64,000 nucleotides of DNA from Sphyrna mokarran (taxonomy: Eukaryota), in NCBI GenBank assembly GCA_024679065.1, contig JAGIQG010000040.1, forward strand, positions 10,478,001-10,542,000, read 5' to 3'. The first letter of the stretch is position 1. Every line of letters starts with the position of its first letter. Below, one piece after another: positions 49,916 through 59,645 of the stretch. The position numbers and the translations under genes were made by a program. The notes beneath the pieces are model-generated. The model worked only from the letters and a program-made list of their open reading frames with translations. It had not been told where the DNA came from and searched no databases.

Positions 49916-49993
49916 GGTTTCTGTCTGAGCAATTGTTTCTGTGATATGAAAAGCTGACGTTCAGCAGCGGCACCCAGGTGACAGTTATACCAA
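49916..49993 (+). CDS. TCR-delta-type J segment 2 (coding 49944-49993) with 12-RSS; non-canonical FSSG motif
   Basis: GGTTTCTGT-12-TTCTGTG (49916-49943). Encodes YEKLTFSSGTQVTVIP. Phase-1 donor a|gtgagt. Confidence 0.88.
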
Positions 49994-50399
49994 GTGAGTG
50001 TGAAGTCAGTGTGTTTTTATTCTTTCACTCCACATCTCCTCTGTGATCTAGTTTTCTGTTGTAAGTAGTCTAGTCAAGTTGGGCAGAGTGCCAACATGAC
50101 ATGTGGCATGCAGGCGAGGAGATTGGTTAGTTTTGAGTCAGTTTTGATCTAGCTCAGTTTACCCAGGCATTAGAGGCACATTGGAAAGGAGTTGGGACTG
50201 CACGCCTCAGTAATATGGTATTGAACTGAGAAACAGATTTGTGTCGTGTGAACGGGATAGGAAGATTCCATTCAGAGAGTTGATTTAAATGAGAGAGGGG
50301 AGACGAATAAGCATCATTGTTCTGTTTAAACCGTTGTAATTGTGAATTACACAGGATTTTCATTCTCTTGGCGAAAAATAAACTCTCCTCATATCAGTC

Positions 50400-51150
50400 C
50401 CATACTACTTGAATATGAACCCTGGTTCTGGACCCTGCCTCCACTCTGCATCTACCCTGTCTAATCCTGCATTATATGTTTTAGTGACATCTTCTCCTCC
50501 TGCCTTCCTTCTTCTGAACCCCAGACAATAAAATCCTAACCGGCTCAATCTCCCCTCATATGTCAGTCCTGCCACTCCAGAATCTGTCTGGTGAACTTCT
50601 CTCCACTCCCTCTTTAGCATCAACTGCACTGCACTAGTCTACCTTTTTGGCTATCCCTTCAAAAATTCATTCAAATTTATGAGATACGATTTTCCACTCA
50701 CAAAGCCATGCTGAATGTCCCTAATCAGTCCTTGCATCTCTAAATGACTGTAAATCCTGTCTCTCAAAATATATTTCAACAATTTACCCACCACAGATGT
50801 GAGGCTCACTGGCCTGTAGTTTCCAGGCTTTTCCCTGCAGCCCCTTTTAAACAAAGACACAACATTTGCCACTTTCCAATCTTCAGGCACCTCACCTGAG
50901 TCTAACGATGATTTAAATATCTCTGCTAGGGAACCCGCAAATTTCTCCCTCGCCTCCCATAATATCCTGGGATACACCTCATTAATTTTCGGGGATTCAT
51001 CGATCTCAATGCGCTGTTAGACTTCCAGCACCTCTTTCTCTGTTATATGTACACTCCCAAAGACATCACTATTTTTTCCCCAAGTTCCCTAACAACGATG
51101 CTTTTGTTAACAGTGAATACTGGTGAGAAATATTCAATTAGGATCTCACC
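50400..51150 (-). mobile_element. CR1 LINE ORF2 fragments
   Basis: GEVPEDWKVANVV...PGNYRPVSLTSVVGK (ORF 50651 -). Confidence 0.88.
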
Positions 51151-51152
51151 CG

Positions 51153-51272
51153 CGTGTGTTCGTGTATGTGTGTGTGTATGTGTCTGTGCATGTATGTGTG
51201 CCTGCTTGTGTGCACAGGCATGTGCGCACTGTGTGTGTGTCTGTGTGTGTGTGTGTGTCTGTGTGTGTGTGT

Positions 51273-51317
<45 letters not shown>
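51153..51317. repeat. (TG)n/(GA)n microsatellite
   Basis: Direct inspection. Confidence 0.95.
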
Positions 51318-51497
51318 GGCGTTTTCTGTGCCAGGGGAAAAGGATTATTTATCCAGTCTCAGCATTCGGTAAGTTAATGGAGAAACTTACATAGGGTTAA
51401 GACACAGGAAAAATGTGGTCTAATCGAATGGCACAGCAGGTTGGGGGATGTCACCCTGTTGGATTCTGATTTTTTTTCCTTTTATTTTCATTTTTAG

Positions 51498-51800
51498 AGG
51501 CGAAAGGCCCGGAAGAACCAAAATTGAGCGTCTTTTACCCGCCAGTGCCACCGGGAGCCACCAACACCAGCACCGCTGCAGTCTGCTTGGCCTCGGACTT
51601 CTCCCCCAAGGCAATCCAGCTCTCCCTGTACACGGGATCCGGCCAGGAGGTCAATGTGACAAGATCCAGTGTCCCATTGGAGAGCGGGAATTACAGGAGC
51701 TCGGGTTTCCTCTCTTTCCCCCAATCCGGGAAATCACCAAACATCACGTGCAAGGCATTTCACAATAATCAGATTTACTCAGTAAACATCCCGCCCACTG
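51498..51800 (+). CDS. TCR-delta-like constant (C1-set) domain exon
   Basis: Acceptor tttttag|, phase 1: AKGPEEPKLSVFYPP...TAAVCLASDFSPKAIQLSL...NITCKAFHNN. Donor g|gtaagt at 51800/51801. N-glycosylation sequons NTS, NVT and NIT. Confidence 0.92.
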
Positions 51801-52451
51801 GTAAGTTTATTTTAGTTCCGTTCATGTGATGTGGTTTGACCAGCATTTATTGCCCATCCTAAATTGCCCTTCAGCAGAGGGCATTTAAGATTCACTTACC
51901 GGCCAGACAGTGTAAGAACGGCAGATTTCCTTCCCTAAAGGATATTAGTGAACCAGATGAGTTTTAATGATAATCGACAATAATTCCGTTGGTCATCATT
52001 AGACTTCTAATTCTATTTCTTTAACATTCAAATTTCGCATCTGTCATGGTGAATTTCGAACACACATCCCCATATCGGTATTCTGTGTCCTTGGATTGAC
52101 AATATCACTGCGCAACTGCCTCCTCTGAGAGTGTTTTTGGATAGGAAGAACGTCCATTAAATATTATCCATCCTTTTAACACTCTCGGTGTCATCGTCCC
52201 TCAGAATGTTGTCTTTTAAGGTCAGATGTTGGGATGTTCGTTGATAACTGAACAATGTTCAGCACCATTCATGATCCCTCAGATCATGAAGTAATGCATT
52301 ACAAATGCAGCAATAGCTGGACAATATCTAGGCTTAAACTGACAAGCTGCAAATAACATTTGCACCGCCCATGTTCCAGACAATGTTCAACTCCAACAGG
52401 AAAGAAGGCAACAATCGGCTCTTGTCATTTAATGGCATTACCATGACTGAA

Positions 52452-53050
52452 ACAAAGAACAAAGCAAATGACAGCACAGGAACAGGCCCTTTGGCCTTCC
52501 AAGCCTGCATTGGATATGCTTCCCAGCTTAACTAAAACCCCTTACACTTCCGGGGACCATAACCCTCTATTCCCATCCTATTCATGTATTTGCCAAGATG
52601 CCCTTAGAACTCACTACCGTATCCGCTTCCACTACCACTCCGGGTAACAAAATCCATGCACCCTCCACCCTCTGTGTAAAAAATCTGCCTCACGCATCTT
52701 CAAACCTTGCCCCTCGCACCTTAAACATATTGGTGCTAACAAATTGTCCCTAAATGAGACCTCCCTCAATCTGGCACACATAAAAATTCTCTAAATTTGT
52801 ACACCTTTTTTGTTGCGTCCAAGAGGCGTGGGCAAAAATCATAGGTAGAAGAAAGATTGGAATGAGGCGCCCACTGAATGTTAAAATGGCGGTGCGGGCT
52901 TGGTGGGCCGAAGGGCCTGTTTCCTGTGCTGTGTTGTTCTTTGTTCTTTGTATATGATCACTAGTAATTGAATTTTCCACTCTGGGGAAAAAAAAACTTC
53001 TAACTATCCCATCAGTACATGCCTCTCACAGTCTTGTAGACTTCTAAATG
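52452..53050. mobile_element. CR1-type LINE 3' ends (two opposed fragments)
   Basis: aacaaagaacaaag...ggaacaggcccttt at 52452 and ggccgaagggcctgtttcctgtgctg...ttctttgttctttg at ~52905-52950. Confidence 0.7.
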
Positions 53051-53324
53051 GTCAACGCCCACTATTTGCATCCTGAGGATTAACGTTGCTCAGAAACTGA
53101 ACTGGATTATCCGTATAAGTCTCTGACTGCAAGAGGATGTCGGAGATTGGGAATCCTGTGCTGAATAAGGTTCCTTGTAATCTCCCAAATCCTCTGCACC
53201 ATCCACAAGACATAATGATGACTGTGGTAGTGTATTAACCACTTGCCTGGATGAATGTAGCTCCAGCAATAGATAGAAATTTGACACAACCCAGAACATA
53301 GCAGCTCCGCTTGATTAAAAGTCT

Positions 53325-53575
53325 ATTTATTAGTGTCACAAGTCGCTTTACATTAAACCTGCGATGAAATTACTGTGAAAATTCTCTAAATGCTATCCTG
53401 TGCGCCTGTTCGGGGAAGCTGAGGGAGAATTTAGCATGGTCCATGCATCTTATCAGCACGTCTTTCAGACTATGGGAGGAAACCGGAGCACCCGGATCAA
53501 ACCCACGCTGACACGGGGAAACATGCAGACTCTGCACAGTCAACCAAGCTGGGAATCGAACCCAGGTCCTTGACG
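53325..53575 (-). mobile_element. HE1-like SINE
   Basis: gggaggaaaccggagcacccgg core and gggaatcgaacccagg B box. Confidence 0.8.
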
Positions 53576-54539
53576 CTATTGGTGGACTGGAGGGAAGGTG
53601 GGAGAGGTGGGGGTAGGGATGGAACAGTACTAACCATTGTGTTGCTCCAGCATTAAGTGCTCCATTCTCAGACATCCACTCTTTTTCTACTACCGAATCA
53701 CAGTGGTAGCAGTGTGTGCCATTCACCAGATACACAGCAGTCATTCCCCAAGTCTCATTCCGCTGAATTTTCCAAACACATGGCCGTTATCATCTCGCAG
53801 GACAAGGGCAGTAGATACCTGGGAACACCATTATCACTCAATATCCTGACTTGGAAATATTTCGGCAGTTCCTTCATTGTCTCTCGGTTAAAATGGTGGA
53901 ACTTCTTCCTTAAGAGCATTGTGTGTGTATGTACATCTCACAGACTCCTGAGATTCAAGCAGGAGACTCACAACCATCTTCTGAAGGGGGCAATTAGGGA
54001 TTGGCAGTAAATGCTGACATGCCAGTGAAGTTCACACCGTAAATGAGTAAAAAATAATAAGAGCGAACCATTATAGTTCAGGGCAGTGTCCAGGACCCGC
54101 AGCTGCTGGTGTATCACCGAATTTAGGAAAGTATTAAATACTAACCAGGGTACTGGAGAATCCCGCTCCTCTGGAGAAATGTCCTGAAATCATTAATCCA
54201 CTGCAGAGCTGAAATCAGACCTCGGTTTCACCACTTCTTCGGAAGACAGTGAAATACCGCCCCGATGGAATGGTCTGGATTCTGGGGTTTAATCCCTGAT
54301 GGGTAATCGAACCTACACTCTTTGAACTCAGATTTGGGCCGAACTAAATGGCAGAGTTACCAATGTTTCTCCGTTTTGAATAATCAAGTGAATAACTCCA
54401 ATCGTGCTGTTTGATTCTCACTTTCTTCGTGGCTATTGGTTATAACAACAACATTATTGGAAATGATATTGAGAACAAACATGGTCACAGTAATGTCACT
54501 TGTTCACTGAATAAGTCAGTTTGTTTTGTGTCCTTCCAG

Positions 54540-54587
54540 ATCAAACTAAATGCCTTAAAAATGGATATGATTCCTCAACAGAAAACG
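54540..54587 (+). CDS. Connecting-peptide exon of the TCR-delta-like C region (interchain Cys)
   Basis: Acceptor ccttccag|, encodes DQTKCLKNGYDSSTEN, donor g|gtatgt. 48 nt, phase 1-1. Confidence 0.88.
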
Positions 54588-54805
54588 GTATGTGTTTTAT
54601 TCAACATTTATCAATGGAAAATACTGCAAATAGACCGATTGATAATTGAGAGATAGGCAGGGGTACAGACCCGGATATCGCATGATAAAGAGAAAGAGAG
54701 ATGGAGAGAAAGATAGATCGTCACACAGAGTGAGGGAGAGAGAGGTATAAATCGAGGAATGGGGTGTATGGAGTGGAGGTGGGGGGCAAGAAAGAGTGAG
54801 GGGGG

Positions 54806-54869
54806 GAGAGAGAGAGAGAGAGGGAGAGAGAGAGAAAGAGAGAGAGAGAGAGGGAGAGAGAGAGAGAGA
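54806..54869. repeat. (GA)n microsatellite
   Basis: Direct inspection. Confidence 0.95.
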
Positions 54870-55076
54870 TTCAGAGTGAAAGACAGATGAAGATAGGTCG
54901 ACAGCAGGCACGTAGGCGGGCTGGTGGACAGACGGGCGGACAGGATGGACAGACAGACGAAAGTCAAGCAGTTAGATAATGGAAAAGAAACACATTAATG
55001 TTATACATTTCTTTTCCAGTTCCAAGTGATATATGTACCAAACCAGATCTATCATTTGTTTCTCTCATTTTGGCAG

Positions 55077-55186
55077 ATCGACTGAGGGCGAACTTTTTGT
55101 CTTTGATGGTGATGGGGCTAAGAATTTTGTTTCTCAAGAGCATTGTCTTCAGTGTCCTGATGACGGCCAGGGTGTGGTTATTTTGA
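55077..55186 (+). CDS. Transmembrane/cytoplasmic exon of the TCR-delta-like chain
   Basis: Acceptor tggcag|, encodes DRLRANFLSLMVMGLRILFLKSIVFSVLMTARVWLF*. The intramembrane R and K at i and i+5 are diagnostic of TCR alpha/delta chains. Donor 1 nt after the stop. Confidence 0.95.
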
Positions 55187-55684
55187 GGTAAGATCGGTCA
55201 CCTAAATGCCTGCCCAGAAAGACAAAGTGTCATGGACACAGTCCATTGACGGGATCTCGGGAGGTCACTGTTAAGGCAGCGCTGAAGCTAACCCGTGGAG
55301 TGAACAGTAACTTGGATACATTTAGACAAACGGACTCTTCCCCTAGTGCCCCATCCTCATCGCTTTTCATCCCGTCAACCCCCGCCCCCAATCGCAACCT
55401 TAACTTCTTAAACCTCTCCAGAGTTGTGTTTAATTATGGGTGTCACTGATAGACCAGCCTTTTACACCCATCATCTGGTCTTGCGCTGTGTGGCACTTTC
55501 AGAGAGTCGGTGCAGACTCTGTGGGCCAAATCGCATCCTTCTGCACTATCGGGATTTTTGTGCACTTGCATTGGCTTCTGAGAATATTAATGGAGCAGGT
55601 TAATGGAGACTTTAAAGATAAAACGTGTTCTTTTTTTGCTGATCTTTGATGTTCTCCCATTGTCGTTCCTTTCATTCCAAACAG

Positions 55685-56985
55685 AACTGCGTTGGAAGAT
55701 TAAATGGATTCAGATATGAACTCATTGACTGGAACATCAAAATCCAGACACTTCCTGATCATAGATTCCACTTCAAGCAATTCAAACTCGCTTGTTTTAA
55801 ATGGCAGCTTAACTTTTAAACATCCTCATTCGGGTAACATTTTTCCACTGTTATTTTGATTTGAAACTTGTGCTTCTGCATGAATTCTACTGCTTATGCG
55901 ACACAAACATTTCAATTATGCATTTCAGCAACAGCGTGGATCTCACATTTATATGGTTTCTGCCTACATTAGTGTCGGAGACATTTTTGAAAGCAGCATT
56001 TTCAATTTTAGGACACATAGAACTTCGATTTTTATATTCTTTGCTTAGAATAGTAGAATTCTATTACAGAAAAAAAACAGCCACTCAGCCCATAGTGACA
56101 GTCCCAGCATCTTCACAGGGCAATCTAGCTAATGACACCTCAGCTTTCCCTTTTGGCTGTTTTATTCTGGTAGTTATTGTAAACGTTGCATTTTTATTCC
56201 ATATAATTTAAGAGCGTAAGATATATTTAATCAGCAAGGGTCTGATCGGATTTTCATCAAACTCAATAACTCAGTAGTTAGATTTGAATGGTGAGGAGGG
56301 AGGCTGGTTTTAAAATGCCCCCTAGCTGATCCACTCAGTTTTAATCAGTCTCTGTTTTTTTTAGTATTTCAAGAGCTAGTGAAGGAAAGGGTGAGTTTGA
56401 CAGCCTGGAGTTACTTCTCTGAATCAAAGGAATTCAATCAGAGCGAATATCAGGCGGTTAGTGGGATGCCACCCGCTTTTAGATTGTAGCCAAGGTGATA
56501 TTCTCACTTCCGTACTGAATCTTGGAATCCAGATTTTCCTCCCAGTGCCACGGAGGCACCAAACCCCAGGCTGTACATCCGGCTCCTCAGAGGTAATCGA
56601 GCCCCCCTCTCCCACTGTGCAGAGCTTCATCATTACACGGCATCTCACAAATAAGATGAGCAAGAGTTTTTAAATATCTCGCCATTCGCTTAGCCTAAAA
56701 TCAGGTTATTGCGCTCAGGTTATTTCACAGATGGGACATTCAGACACATTTAAGACCGTCTGGTTAATCAGGGGAAGAGAGAGCACTGGGGAGAAGGTGG
56801 TAAAGTGGAGTTGGGGATGATATTAAATCAGCCATGATTTCATTGAACGGCGAAGCAGAGCCGATGGGCTGAATGGTCCACTTCAGCTGCTTCGCCTTAT
56901 GCTCTTCTGGTTCGTTAATCACACTTTTGTTCATATCTGTAACCTTGTTCTTTTATCATGTGCATTGTTATTAATATTGAATAAA
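55685..56985 (+). other. Probable untranslated last exon with polyadenylation signal
   Basis: Pyrimidine-rich acceptor ...ttccaaacag| at 55684 and AATAAA at 56980-56985. A separate 3' UTR exon is standard for TCR alpha/delta C genes. Confidence 0.6.
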
Positions 56986-57199
56986 TCTGCAGTCTTCACT
57001 GAAGGATGTCTTCTGTCTCTTTGTTAACGCGATGGTAAGACATGCATTTGGTTTGGTCAACAGAGCGCACTTGACGTCGTGCAGCGCAAATAGAGGCCAT
57101 TCGCTCCATCATGAGAATACTGGCTCCTTATGGCAGATCCCGTCAATTGAACCCTGGTCTCAGGACTGAGGTTCATTCGTTCAATAGCCATTCCAGTAC

Positions 57200-58145
57200 A
57201 AAAAACAACAAGAAAAGAAAATTACAGCGCAGGAATAGGAATGTTGGCCCTCCAATCCTGCACCAACCACACTGCCCGACTGAACTAAAACCCATTACTC
57301 TTCCTGGGACCACATCCTTTTATTTCCATCCTAGGCATGTATTGTTAAGGCGCCCTTTAAAACTCACTACTGTATCCACTTCCACCTTTTGTGTAAAAAA
57401 AAATGCCTCTTATAAACCTTGCTGCTCACACCTTAAACCTGTACCCCCCAGCAATTGAATTCTCCAGTCTGGGAAAAACCTTCTGACTATCCTTTCTGTC
57501 CATGCCTCTTATAATCTTCTAGCTAACTATCAGGTCACCCCTTCAACCTCTGTTGTTCCAGTGAGAATAATCCAAATTTCTCCAACTTTTCCTCATCGCG
57601 AGTGCCCTCCACACCAGGTAACATTCTGGTAAATATTTTGTGGACCCTCTCCAAAGTGTCCACATCTTGCTGGTAATGTGGCGACCAGAATTGGACACTA
57701 TATTCCAAGTGCAGACTAACTAAGATTCTTTAAGTCTGCGACATGACTTGCCAATTTTTAATCTCATTGCCCCGTGTGCCTGCTTGACTACCTTCTCCAG
57801 CTGGATTGTCATTTTCAATGACCTGAGTATCTGTACACCCAGATCTCTTTGTCTATCAATACTCTTAAGGGTTCTGCCATTTACTGTATATTTCATTTCT
57901 GTTTTAGTCCTTCCAAAATGCATTACCTCACATTTGTCCTGATTAAGCTCCATCTGCTATCCCTTCGATCAAGCTTCCAACGGATCTATATCCTGCTGTA
58001 TTCTCTGATGGTCCTCATCACTATCCACAAATGAAGAACCTTTGTGAAGTATTCAAATTACTAATCAATTCAATTAGATATATGTACATATATTTGCAAA
58101 CAGCAATGGTGCCAGCAGTGATCCCTGAGAAAAGCCCTTGTCACA
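57200..58145 (-). mobile_element. Degraded CR1 LINE 3' fragment
   Basis: DKCEVMHFGRT...RDLGVQ (ORF 57720 -). Confidence 0.8.
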
Positions 58146-58879
58146 GCCCTCCATTCAGGAATGTTTGGTTTTGGTGGTCTTATCACTATTCTGCTGTCTC
58201 CACAACCCCCTTCTCCCCCACCCAGCCCCTTCCCCCCACCCACCTTAAAATATAACAACGAAAAACAATGGGAATTAAGGTAATGGGAGAGGGGAAGCTT
58301 CCTAATAGGAATGAGGGAATTGAGGAGCTAACCACACCAGGCTGGGAAAGCGAGAAGAATCCCAAAATGTTCCCAACACCCAAAGGGAAACGTTCTTCCT
58401 CTGCCCAGTTTAACTACAACGGCCAAAGTGGTAATTCGGACCGTTTGGGATGGGCTATAAATGTTGGCCAGGCCAGCGACTCCCACACACAATGTATTTG
58501 TTACTTCACTCATTGGTAAGTGCATTGTGGGCAGGGCCAGAATCTATTTCCCATCCCGAATCACCATTGAACCGTATGGTTTGCATTGACCGTGATGTTG
58601 TACGTGAAGTGAACCAGATGGGTTTTAACAACAAGTGACTCATGGTTCGATTGTTGAATTCCAGATTGTTTTTATTGAATTCAGGTTTCTGTAACTGACA
58701 TGGCTGGAATTCAATTCTCATGTGTGCTCAAAACATTAGCTCTGGCTTTCTGGATTAATCACCATGCCATTATAAGATGCTGTTATAACACCCCTGAAGG
58801 GGAAGGGAAGAACAATTTATCATGATGGGTTTTGTGTCCGTGTTAAAATAGAATTGTAGAAACAGTACATTGCAGAAAG

Positions 58880-59160
58880 CGGCCATTCATTCCAATGAGT
58901 CTGCACTGACTCTCCGAAAGAGAAATCAATCCAGACCCTACCCTCAATCCTGGTCAATCCTGCACATCTGTGGGACACATAGGTCCATTTTAGCATGGCC
59001 AGTACACCCAACCTGTACGTCCTTGGGCTGAGGTAGGAGACTAGAGCATCGGGATAAAACCGATGCAGATACGGGGAGAACGTGCACATTTAAGACAGGC
59101 AGCTCCTCAAGGCTGGATTCGAACCAGTGTCTCTGGCACTGCAGAGTTAACCGCTGTGCT
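58880..59160 (-). mobile_element. HE1-like SINE
   Basis: tttagcatggcc...gcagatacggggagaacgtgcac...ggattcgaacc. Confidence 0.7.
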
Positions 59161-59459
59161 TAGGACTCTGGATGACTTGCCCAGAGACAGTTCTTCCCAA
59201 CATCAAACTTTAGTGTGACTGCTCAACCTGTATTTGGTATTTTGAGAGGAATGATCCAGCTCTCTTACAGGAATGACACAAATTACATTCTCAGTCTTGA
59301 AGTTCATATTCTGAAAATCCTACCAGTGTTTATTTTTTTTCTGCTTCTTGGCAGCGGGAGGGTTAATCGACTTTGGGTTACTTATTTTGATAGAAACTGT
59401 TGAGATGTAATGATACATGCGTTCACTGCTGATTGGGGGAACCAGGGTCTGGTTGACAA

Positions 59460-59645
59460 GGCGACCAACGTCAGAAAGAAGTCCGCCCAGTGTACGGTTT
59501 CACTCAACAGCTCGCTGAGCCTCTCAGTTTGTTCAAAGAGCGGAACTTGTGGTTTAATCACCCGGGACTGGAAACTCCAGCAGCGAGATGGCAGTTAGGC
59601 AGAGCCGGGGGCAGTGGTGAGAGGCCAGATGTTGCCAACTGTCAA
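59460..59645. promoter_or_regulatory. Candidate T-cell enhancer 3' of the C region
   Basis: Clustered half-CRE acgtca (59468), TCF/LEF ttcaaag (59532), ETS ggaa (59542), RUNX tgtggtt (59548), MYB cagtta (59592) and E-boxes cagatg (59626) and caactg (59636). Confidence 0.45.

Noticed and set aside
59420-59462. GGTRVWLT frame resembling a J-alpha downstream of C
   Set aside because: No F/W-G-x-G motif, no RSS and no GT donor.
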